Source: Octopus vulgaris
Lineage: Eukaryota
DNA length: 64,000 nt
Direction of reading: 5' to 3'
NCBI GenBank assembly: GCA_951406725.2
Contig: OX597819.1
Location: forward strand, 87,916,001 to 87,980,000
The position numbers were made by a program, and so were the translations under genes. Shown one piece after another: positions 41,274 to 52,741 of this stretch. The notes under the pieces are model-generated. The model saw only the letters and a list, made by a program, of their open reading frames with translations. It did no database searches and was not told the origin of the DNA. Each line of letters begins with the position of its first letter. Positions within the stretch are counted from its first letter, which is position 1.

Positions 41274-43243
41274 CTATACAACATATTCTATTAAATAATC
41301 GGGGTAAGCTTGGGCACTATCAAATATAACAAAAATCTTTGGGTCCCATATGTTGTCTACACAAGAGTCATAGCATTTTCCAAATGGTTCGGCACATGGA
41401 TATAAAGGTGGGGCTTTCTTCAGGCTGCTGTTACCACCTGTGTACTTGCCCACGAGAACTTTGGCAATGAACATTTTCCGCGTGCAGTTTGTAGGTATTG
41501 AGGTCCGTGTCGTATGGGGTTCTCCATTTTGGCAGTAGAGTTGGAGTGTGTTTGCTGTCTGTTGAGCCTGGATTGCTTGTGGGGTAGGGGGCTGAGGCTG
41601 GGTCTGTGGGACCAGCTGTTGTTGTTGGGATGGTGCTGGTGGTGCTGGTGGTACTTTCACTATTAGTTTGGATTGTGAATGGCCAACAGTGCTGACTTTA
41701 GGACCAGAAGTTCCTGGTGGAATGGGCACAACAAAACCTTTCCGCAGGAATATTTGTTGGGGTTGCTGCTGTGGTTGCACTGGGGCTTGGTGATGGTGGT
41801 GGTGATGGTGGTGATGGTGATAGTGATGTAAATGATGTGGTGTTTGTTGTGCAGCTTGTATATGCTGGGGTGGGGCTTGGGGTTGGTTCTGTGGAGGTAC
41901 ACCAGCTTGCTGGGCCATTACTTGTTGCTGAGGCTGCTGTTGCTGAGATTGTTGTTGAGATGGCACTCTTCCAAAAACAAGTTTCGGCTGGGTGTGAGAC
42001 ACCATGTTAACTTTAGCTGCCGAAGCTCCTGTTTGAAAAGGGGACAAAAATTCTCCAAGTGTTATCAGCTGAGGTGCTGAAGTTGATGTGACCTGTTGCA
42101 GTGTTGGCCCAACTTGCTGTGGTTGCTGATGATGTTGCGGTTGGGCTAACTGTGGAACTTGTGCAGCAGTCTGTAATTGCGGTGATGGTTGTAGTTGTTG
42201 CACAGCCTGCAATTGCAATAATGGCTGTTGAGCTTGTGAGAGTTGCTGTGACTGCAGCGCCTGCGATGGTATCGCTGGTTGCTGGAGTCGTTGTGTTGCT
42301 TGTGCCTGCAGTCGTTGTGTGGGTTGTGTTTGAAGTCGTTGTGTGATGCGCTGCAGAAGGTATTTTTGCTGCTGCTGCTGCTGTTGTTGTTGTTGCTGTT
42401 GTTGCATTTGCTGTTGTGGTTGTGACAATCCTCCAAAGATTAATTTAGAGTGTGAGTGTGAAGCCAAATGGCTTTTGGGATTAACAGCAGTTCCTGCCTG
42501 GAAGGGTACAACCAGAGGGATATGTTGAGGTGTGCTAGTCACTGGCACTGTCTGCAGTTGTTGGTGTACTAGCTGTTTAGGGGCTGTTGACAGCACAAGC
42601 GGAGACTGCATAACTGTATTGTTAGCAGTTACAGTAGGGCCAACATTACCACTGGAAGGAAAGGATACAGTCAAATTTTGTAATGAATATGAAGATGATG
42701 ATGAGGGTGTTGAAGATGAAGAAGATGATGGGACATTAGGAGCAATGCCAACTGATGAAGTGTCTTGCATATTAGGCATATTCTGAACAGTTTGGTTCTT
42801 GTCTGCATCTGTCATTGGCATCATGACAATGTTTATGCGATTAGACGGTACTCTGTTTACAGCAGTGTTTGGATTGTTAGTAGCTTTGATAGTCGGACAA
42901 CATATATTTGATCCAGCTCCAGGAGGTGCAGCTCCTAATAAAGCTTGACTAACAAATGGGTTGTTACTAGAACTGGCCATTATGCTTCCTTGAGCAGTAT
43001 AGGTGGTCACTGAACTTGTATAGCCTGTTAATTGCAGTGGTGCAGCTGGGTTCATACTTGGAATATTAATACTTGGACTCAACTTGAGGAAAGCATTTTT
43101 ATTGTAAGGATTGCAGAAGACTTTAGTGGTCATTGCAATGTTGTTAGAACTGACACGACCAGCTGGAATTGGACGCTGCCGCTTAATACGAATGTCATCA
43201 GTAAATTGATGAGAGTATGAAGCCTCGCCCGCAAAGTAGGAGC
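41274..43243 (-). CDS. PARP-family mono-ART gene, terminal coding exon (C-terminal part of the catalytic domain, interrupted by a 574-aa low-complexity segment)
   Basis: Acceptor tttcattgtAG at 43245-43244, phase 1. Reads (G)SYFAGEASYSHQFT, then an open 574-codon insert, then KMFIAKVLVGKYTGGNSSLKKAPP...YDSCVDNIWDPKIFVIFDSAQAYPDYLIEYVV*. These motifs match the TIPARP/PARP11/PARP12 catalytic C-terminus. Includes ORF 41274..43133. Confidence 0.93.
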
Positions 43244-43433
43244 CTACAATGAAAAAGAAAAAAAATGAAAAGAGGATACAATTAAAAGTGAAAAATAGAA
43301 ATGTAGTAAATCTAAGTGAATTTTACATTATCTCAATACACTTTATTGCTTTTTGCAATATTTTCCCTAAGATTATAGTGGCACAGAAGTATAAGCTGTC
43401 TATGTATGTGCAAATCATATTGTTTTGTCGTTT

Positions 43434-43539
43434 TTATATTCTATCTAGGGGTTTGTAATGCTTTGAGTAGAGTCAGTAAGATAATGTTATATTCTATCTA
43501 GGGGTTTGTAATGCTTTGAGTAGAGTCAGTAAGATAATG
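43434..43539. repeat. 53-bp tandem duplication in the last PARP intron
   Basis: CTATCTAGGGGTTTGTAATGCTTTGAGTAGAGTCAGTAAGATAATG occurs at 43441 and 43494. Confidence 0.9.
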
Positions 43540-44534
43540 CCAATTTAAATTATGGCCTAAGTTTACTTAAGTAAATTGTAGTAGTGATTGATAAGGTATG
43601 GTAAAAATAATTATTACATTATTAAATAGTATGATAGTTACATTATTTCACTTGATATAGGAACCTGAACACACTCTTTTTGTAAGCTAATTATAATTTT
43701 TACAGCAGTTCAGTTGGCTAAAGCAACACTACAAATTCTTTAGTACATGTAGTGTACATAACTTGATAAGTCTGATCTCTTGGGACATTTGCATAACATA
43801 GATATGATCATTACATCTGCTATACTAATTAAGTAATAAGGTTTAACAAAATCTAATATGTTGATTTAAAACCTGGAGGCAGTTAAAAATTTAGTCAGGG
43901 ATATACTATAGTACATTTTCATTCAATCAAACAATGCTGATATTAGGGTAGTTCTCTTCTTCGTGGAGTTATCTTGTACTATCTAATATTTATAATGCGT
44001 CTGTTAGGAATTGGTGTTTGCATTTATAATAAACTCTTTTTGGACACTCTTCCTGAACTATAATATAAATTCTTTCACTTACACTCTGAGGCATATTTTG
44101 TATAGTGTTGAAATATTTAAATGGACTTGTAGCTATTAGGATTTGATATAACATGATCCACTTTTTAAAAGCAATATGTATTTGGTATTATTCTCTTTTG
44201 AGGTCACCCACTTCATAATTATTATGTAACACAGTATAGTTTGTTAAGTGGTTGGTAGCTAAAACAATCCCAACAAATATACTGGGTGAGGAGAGTGTAT
44301 GGGATCTGGCATGGACTAAAGCTAAAATCTATCAAAATGTAAAAGAGCTTCCCACTGAGAAACTAATGGCCAGCTGAAGTGGGAGAGGAGACAAGCACCA
44401 TAAGATTATTGGTTTCTTAGAACAGCATGATGACAGCAGAATTAGGTTGTGCACCTATGATCTCCCAAGGTTATTGATTTTGGTTGATTAAATGAAAATG
44501 TTTTTGCATTTTGAAAATACTCTTTTAATATGCT

Positions 44535-44570
<36 letters not shown>

Positions 44571-46756
44571 TGTGTGTGTGTGAGTGTACATATATATATA
44601 TATATATGAAATTTTGAATTTAGTTCACAGAACCCCCAGTGCTACCTTTGTGGACCCCAGTTTGGGAACCACTGTTTTATAGTAAGGAATATTATCTCAG
44701 TTGTTACTTAACCATTAGTCATCTCTGATTAAGCAAATTTATGATTACATGCATTCTAGAACTTGCCATCTAGTTATATTTCTAAATTTATAACTGCTTG
44801 ACCCAACATGTCTTTTCTTTGTTCAGATAAGGTATTATTTGAAGGTGATTTGGGTGTTATATCTAGCAACTGAAACGACTGTGTAGAGCAAGAGTGGGGA
44901 AGTATATAAATAATTGGAGTGAAATGAAATACATAAGAACCTATAGGGATGCATCTATGTTGAGAACAATAATGCAGGTTAATTTTTAAAAATTCATAGA
45001 TAACGTAAATTAAATAACATTAGGCCTTAAGGCTTCAATCACTGTTTTCATAGTGAATTTTGAAGACTTTGTGGGCAGTTTCAAATAATAATAGAGATGG
45101 TCCACCTGTGGGAGGGGGGTTTTACTTCTTTTGGCACTAAAAGCTTTCTAATTCGGTGAGTCCAATATGGAAGATAGATACCCAGCATTTTGAAGATATT
45201 TCAATAATTTTGAAATCTACCATAAAAGGAATTTTTCAATTCATGGTTTATGAATGTAGAATTGTGGAAAATTAGATTAAGCACTGTTGCTATTAATGTG
45301 GGGTGATGAAAAATGACCAGAATTGAAAATACTGTATTTTCATTATTATAAAAGAGCTGTCACTGGAGAATGTTAAAGTATACAAGGGAGACAAATCTCA
45401 GAGTTTTCAATTTAAAGTAACATGTTTTAATGTCTGTTAAGGTGAGAGAATGATCTCATAAGAGGGATAGTTATATTTTGAGGAAGCCACAGCAGAGCAG
45501 GTAGTATTGTAGTGCCAGCAACACAATCTCTAGCACCAGAATGTTTTAATGACCAATTATTATATATTATAAAATGCATTTTCATAGTAAGTTTCTGAAG
45601 AGATAAACACCAACAATAAACATTTTATGGTATTCTATCTTCCAGTTCAAATCCTACACAAATCAAATTAGCTTTTCATTCTATTTAGGGGTGTGATAAA
45701 AATGACACGAAGGATATAAGTAAATTCTAAAAGGATACAGTTTTCTTGGCAACTATATGTGCATCTTTTGCAAGTGTTTTCTAACATAGACTTTGGGGGA
45801 CCAATAATCGTCGTCATTTAATGTTTGTTCTCTATGCTGGGTTGGATGATTTAACTAGAGCTGGCAAGCTGGAGGACTGTGCCAAGCTCTGTTGTCTGTT
45901 TTGGCATGGTTTCTAAAGTTGGATACCCTTCTAATCAATGCCTTGTAAATAAAATTTGGTTGAAAGAAACAGTGTAACAACCCACTGTACATGTGTGTGC
46001 ATCTATGATTGTCATCATCATTGTTTAACATCTGTTTTTCATGCTGCCATAGGTTGCACGGTTTGACTGGGAACTGGCAAGCCAGGAGGCTGCACCAGGC
46101 TCAAACCTCATCAGGTAATTGTATCCCAATTTTTAGAATAGATACTATTCTACAACTGAATACCCGTCTCAATGCTAATCACCTTACTGAATATGCACAA
46201 CATTCCAGCATGTTGTAAGGGGTGACTAATAGAGTTGTAATCCTCAAAAAGTCCTACCAGCATGGAAGGGTAGACATAAAATCAATGATGATGATGATCA
46301 TTATCATCATTGTCAATCAATGCCTACTCTCCATAATGGCATGGGTTGGATGGATCAACAAGTTGGAGGATTACATCATACTGCTATGTCTGCTTTGGCA
46401 TGGTTTCTACATGGTTTCTACCTTTCCCAATACTAACCACTTTTCAGAATATGCTTAGTAATTTCTCATGACATTGTGTGTGTGTGTGTCTTTTGTAGAA
46501 ATTTTTAGATGAGAAAATCAATGGACCAATATTTTTAAACAAAAATATTTCATTTTTTTTTTCAATCAAATTGTACTGGACAAACACGATGCCTTCAATT
46601 GAGTAGATTAAATAAAAGGGTTTAAACAATGTTCAAACCATTCTTTGGGTATAAAAAATTAATTTTTCTGAATCCTTTTTGACATATTTCATGTCTCCTA
46701 CTTTTTATGTTATTTAGATAAAAGTTATAATGCAGCACACAATAAAAGCTACTTAC

Positions 46757-46908
46757 CATGTCCATAAACAGTACCATGTTTTCCACAGAGCCTCCAGTCA
46801 AATCCCTTACGACATATAGGTTCAACCACTTTGCTTTTTGTACCATGGAATAGTTGTCTTTCTTCAACATTAAGACCATCGTTCTCTTGTACCATCTCAC
46901 GTTTTTTT
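46757..46908 (-). CDS. PARP gene exon carrying the catalytic His (LFHGT) and D-loop
   Basis: 152 nt, bounded by tttacAG and GTAAGT. Encodes KKREMVQENDGLNVEERQLFHGTKSKVVEPICRKGFDWRLCGKHGTVYGH(G). Phases 2 and 1 match both neighbouring exons. Confidence 0.95.
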
Positions 46909-48140
46909 CTGTAAAATGAAAAAGAAAAAGTTTTTTTTTTTGTTTTTTGCAAATAGTAGAGAAAATAATTATCATTATCATCATTTAATGTCCGTTTTCC
47001 ACGCTGGCATGAGTTGGATGGTTTAACAGAAGCTGGTCAGCTGATGAGCTACCTAGGTTTCATGTTTGTTTTGGCATGATTTGTTTGGCTGAATGTCCTC
47101 AACACCAACCACTTTACAAAGTTTACTGGGTGTTTTTATGCAGCGCCAGCAACCATATTGAATAAAATAATAAAAGGAACAATATTTGAATCTTTCAGGT
47201 TAAACTTGATTGGCATAAAAACGTTAAGGGACATGCCATAAAATCTAACCTTATTCTCAGTGTTAATCAAGCCATAGTAAACATCTTTCATTTCTTTGCA
47301 ACAGTCAAGGTAACTCACTTTAGTTTTGCTACTAACTGATTGGTGTCAAAAAGACTAACAATAAATCATCTGTTCAAACAATTGCAAATATTCACACTTG
47401 TTAAACCAATCCCAAACATGTTCAAATGAGAAATAGAAGAAACAGAAGTACCAGAATCACTATTGTAAGAAAAAAAAATTAAAAATAATGTTTATTCCTA
47501 CTCAATACCTACATTCTCCTCTAAATATTACAGAAGAGAGAAAAAACATCTTTGTTTTCTTCAGAGTATATACTTAAAACCATTTCTTAACCAGTTCATC
47601 AGTAAATATCTGTCAATTAATCATACACCTTTCTTTATTCTTTTGAATGAGATTTAAGAACTTTGTATATAGTATCAGTGCCATCCAAAATACATGAGCC
47701 TCACTCAAGCTTTTGAGAGAATCAGTAGATTAACCAGAGCTGAACAATACTCTGGTTACAAAAAGCAGCAGCAGCTTTGTCTTTAGGATCTAGTTTTAGG
47801 AATGTATCCACATCATAGAGTGAAATTTCTAGATGAGTGTTTGATCTGCTAAATGTAACAACCAAATTTGGTTTGATTAACTATCTAGTAACTTTAAAAT
47901 ATGAACACAGTAGAAAGTCACAAATTTTAAAACAGAACTCCTGCAACAACTATCCCATCGTTATTGGTCAGATAGCTAAGGAAAAAGCGATTCTTCGATC
48001 AGCTCATTGAAATCAGCGTTGAAACCAACATACACACACAGTGAGAGAGTGTGGCGTCTACTGACATGAACATTAAGGTTCTTCTTCACACAGGCAATTT
48101 GTACTTTATTTTATAACCAGTTTACAAAAATAATACTTAC

Positions 48141-48286
48141 AAGCAGTAATATTTCCATAAAATAGGATTTTGGATTCGAGAGATTCGTACTATTTCAGTG
48201 GCTGGATAATGCATTGAAGACAAAAACATTCTAGACACATTGACATATTCTTGAGAATCAGAATCCAGAACGAATAGCTGATTACT
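48141..48286 (-). CDS. PARP gene exon, N-terminal part of the catalytic domain
   Basis: 146 nt, bounded by ttttttcAG and GTAAGT. Encodes SNQLFVLDSDSQEYVNVSRMFLSSMHYPATEIVRISRIQNPILWKYYC(L), with the SxEY and RIQNxxLW motifs of PARP7-15. This reading frame is not in the ORF track. Confidence 0.93.
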
Positions 48287-48705
48287 CTGAAAAAAACAAA
48301 AGGAACAGTTATTTCTTTAAAGAAATATATAACTAAGAGACCATCTGCATGAAAAACAATAGTTAAGTTAGTGTTAACATAAAGCAAATTAAAAATAATT
48401 ATGCAGTGAGGAAAGACAATATTAGCTCAATGACTAATTGCACCAGTCACTGAGCTAATGTTTTTTTCCCCCTTTATCCTTACTGCATGATTATTTTTAA
48501 TTATTACTGCCATGTATTATGATTTACAAAAATCAACACAATTTTAAAAAGCTGCTCAAAGTTTGTAGGGAATCAGCTTCTGTTGAGGACAACAATTTAA
48601 CCTTAGTGTCATTTTTATACATGCAACATAAAACAAACTTTGATTCTCTAAGAAGTAGTCATACAGTAGAATCCAAGACAAGTAAATCATGGCTGAAGAG
48701 ATTTG

Positions 48706-49080
48706 TTACTCTTTACTCTTTTACTTGTTTCAGTCATTTGACTGTGGCTGTGCTGGAGCACCACCTTTAGTCGAGCAAATCGACCCTAGGACTTATTCTT
48801 TGTAAGCCTAACCGCAAAGTTACGGGGATGTAAACACACCAGCATCGGTTGCCAAGTAATGTTGGGGGAACAAACACAGACACATACACACTCATACATA
48901 TATATATACATATATACGACGGGCTTCTTTCAGTTTCTGACTACCAAATCCACTCACAAGGCTTTGGTTGGCCCGAGGCTATAGTAGAAGACACTTGCCC
49001 AAGGTGCCACACAGTGGGACTGAACCCAGAACCATATGGTTCGTAAGCAAGGTACTTACCACACAGCCACTCCTACGTCT
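48706..49080 (-). mobile_element. SINE family A (intronic)
   Basis: Matches family A with a small internal deletion. Lies in a PARP gene intron. Confidence 0.87.
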
Positions 49081-49315
49081 GTTGTGAACACTTATATATA
49101 AAAATGGTTACTTAATTCATGCTATATTTCATAAATTTACATAACCAATTTATTTGATAAAAGATGAAAATTAAGTGGTACTGGGTGGCTATAAATAACT
49201 GAATGTGCTTTAAATATTTCAAATGAAGAACAAGTTTTAAGAAAGGATTGGTTAAAGTTTTCAACTATTGATTGTCAGAAAAATATTTTTGCGTTTTATT
49301 TCTTGAAATACTTAC

Positions 49316-49548
49316 AAATTTTGATTCCATTTCAACCCAGTTTTCGGGTAAGCTATCATAACTGATTGCTAACCGCTTTCGAGGACGTTCAAGTTCTCCT
49401 ACAGTCATTTCATTATCAGGCCCCACAGAGGTATCACTTGGAGAATAGGATTTCATTAGCATATTTGTTATGAAATCAACATAATATTGTTCAAGAACTT
49501 CTTCAAGAATATCCACTATCATTGCAGGCAAACAACGCCTCAGTTCAT
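49316..49548 (-). CDS. PARP gene exon: helical linker plus the LPENW motif preceding the ART domain
   Basis: 233 nt, bounded by tattttccAG and GTAAGT. Encodes (H)ELRRCLPAMIVDILEEVLEQYYVDFITNML...SYDSLPENWVEMESKF and joins the next exon in phase 0. Confidence 0.88.
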
Positions 49549-50955
49549 CTGGAAAATAGAATGGAAAGGAAAAATAATAAATCAGAGAAAGGAGAGATTG
49601 TGTGGTTGCATATTACTTCCACCCCAGCTCACTCAATAGAATAACTGCTTTCCCTCTCATCTGTTCTATGTCTCACTTCCCAGACCCTACACTAACCACC
49701 ATGACTAAATCCTTCCTTCCCAAATATTAAATGTCTGCTATCTCCTTCATAGCACATATTTTCTTTGCTGTTGTAAACTTATAGCTGATCAAGCTTACCA
49801 TCATTTGTGCCAATCTCACTAGTCTTAGAGGGCCTGTGAAAGTTGTAAGCATATTCCCTTCTTTGTGACTAAAATCATATAAAAATAAAATACAGTGTAG
49901 TGTTTTGTACAGTTACTATTTGAAATAAAATTTGTATCCACATGTGACCAGTTCTAAAACTACCAGTCACAAAATTCTCTGTTACATTTAATAAATTGAA
50001 ATATATATTTTGTTTTCTTGATATGGATTTGAGTGGATCTACAATGGCATAAGCATCTTTTACAGTTTTGAATCCAATATTTTGATTTTTCTTTCTTTGT
50101 TCTTATCTAGCACTTTCTCAATTTACATACATTTTTATATATCCATACCAACATAAACTCCTTTGTTTACATAGTTCAATTTATTTGCTTAACCACCTTG
50201 CATACAATTTCTTTTTTATTGACCAAATTTTATTGAAATATACAAAGCGAAGAGCTTTATCTATTTTGGATAATGAGCTTAATACATACTATTGAAAATT
50301 TAATAATTAAGCATAGAATAATGCAGTTATTGTGAACAACTAAACTTTAAATTACATATATTTCTGTTCCATGGCAGCTTTTCTATAGGAAGAGGTTACT
50401 TAGCCCCTTACTCAGCTCATCCATTTCTAAAGAAAGGGATGGTGTAAGAAGTTTTCCATGACCCTTTTCATGGTATAGTGTAGTCAATTCAGAGAGAGAT
50501 GAGGAATTGACCCCAGTATTTAGTACTTTATTTTATAACCCCAGAAAGATAAAATACTAAATTGACCATGGCAGGATTTGAAGTCGAAGTGCAGAGGGCC
50601 AAAATAAATACCACAAGGTTTTCTAGCAGACATTCGAATGACTGCCAATTTGTTGCTCTAGGTAAACAACACTAGAACATCTCTATTTGTGCACTCATAA
50701 TAATTTCCTTAATGGAATGGGTGAAGATGAGCAAGTAAACTCAATATTCCTAAATTCTTGCTAAGAATACTGCTTCTGGAAATGATTGTTAACTACATGT
50801 TATCTTGGACCCTTTGGGGCTTCCTATCATTATAAATTTCAATAATCATATAAAAAAAAGTAATGCTTCATAAAAAAAAGAAAAAGAAAATTATGTTAAA
50901 ACAAATAAACTGCTGCAAGGAAAGAGAAAGAGAGAGGGAGAGAGAATATACATAC

Positions 50956-51004
50956 GTTTTGAATAGAAATTGTTACAGCCTGCTTCTAGGCACTTTACAG
51001 ATGT
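50956..51004 (-). CDS. Short PARP gene exon, C-terminal part of a RING-like Cys motif
   Basis: 49 nt, with a strong T-tract cAG acceptor and GTATGT donor. Encodes TSVKCLEAGCNNFYSK(H). Its phase-1 end joins exon 49316-49548 in frame. Confidence 0.75.
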
Positions 51005-52594
51005 CTGAAAAAAAAGTATGAATATATAAATAAACAGATTTATTCATGTGTACATTGATGAAAGTATGAGAATCCTATATCTTAAAGTCTAATTTAAGTA
51101 TATATAAATAAATATATTTATATATATATTGGAAACCTAGCATTCCAATTATAACCTATAATATTACACACACACAACTAAAGAATCCTTCAAAAATAAT
51201 TTCCTCTGGGGTATTAACTCACACACACACATGTGCAAACACACAGTAAATATATTCCTTACTGCAATTTGATTTTTAAAATTAGTATATTAAAGTTTAA
51301 AATGTTAAGAAATAACATTATTATTACTTTATTAAAATAAAACATAAATAGAGGACAGCTCCATAAAAAAAAATATGGAAAAATATCAATAATGAAAAAT
51401 GTTATTTTTATATCAACTAACATGTTAGCCAGAAGCCTTAAAGTGAAAATTTTGCAATATATTTTTTTTCACTTGTGAAAGAAATTCCTTCACTACTTCA
51501 AAATATTATAACCACTTTCAATTTAAAACATAGAAATTGAAGAAGAAATAACATTAGCATGCTAAGTTTAACACTTTCTCCTCCATCCCACTTGGTATAT
51601 TGTATGTGCATACACATGTACATTCATGTAGTCTAAAGAAGATGGTCTTTTATTCAAACAAGTTGCATTCATGGCAGAAATATGCATTTTATTGATTGAT
51701 CATTTGCCTTCTCTAGTGTTTTTCCCCACTGCTAAGTGATCTAAGAATGATAGTTACATAAAAATATAAAAGTAACAGCTGTGCGTTCTGGTGAAAATAT
51801 TCCCCCCACTTTTTTTTTTTTTTACATTATCATCATCACCACCACTACCACTAACATTATTATTAAGCTGTTTTGCATGGTTGTCAATCATCATCAGTAC
51901 ATCCAACTGCTTCAATGATGAACTATGAATGAAGGATCAGAATGCATGTATCAATCTGCATTTAAAACAGTGGTAGCATAACAGCTGACAGATTATAACA
52001 GAAATAACTTTAGACATGAAAAGGTCAATCAAAGTTCAAGAGTTTAAAAACAGAATCACTATCATCACACTTCTTAGGTTAGTGTCCATTTAACCATGTT
52101 GTCACGGATGAAGTAGATTTTTGCTTAATTTATAGCAGCTTAATATCTGCAGCTGTTTTTATCTTACCTGCTGTGCCTTATATTCGAATTTTTGTGAACA
52201 CTCCCCAATCACTACCACTGCATTGAACTAATAAATGAATTGTTATATAGTTGTGTCACTTTCACAATGTAGCAGCTAAAATTATTTTTCACAAATTTTT
52301 AACCATCTTCAAAATGAGACCAGAAATTCTACATCTTATGATATGATAGCATATCTAACAATAAAGAGTGATGCAAACCAACGAGAGGAAGCTTCTACAC
52401 GATCACTCAAACTGCTAGTAGTAGTAGTCAAGTTACATTCAAGTCATCCTATTGTCTTCAAAACTGGGCACAGTGAATAATGTAGTTCTAAATGCACTAT
52501 AAGAAGGAGAATGGCCATGGCTGGAATATCTGATTAGGAGCCAATTTGATCTCAGAACTGACACGGGTTAAACAACAGCAATAAAGAATGATAA

Positions 52595-52741
<147 letters not shown>

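Noticed and set aside
41663-42786. Several alternative-frame and antisense ORFs (poly-C, poly-V and similar)
   Set aside because: They are shadows of the CAG/CAA/CAC-rich PARP exon.
52168-52227. Possible 60-nt phase-0 minus-strand exon (FNAVVVIGECSQKFEYKAQQ, CAG|GTAAGA donor) upstream of the 49-nt exon
   Set aside because: The donor is good but the acceptor is weak, and it lacks the zinc ligands expected for the RING half. Cannot be supported without RNA-seq.
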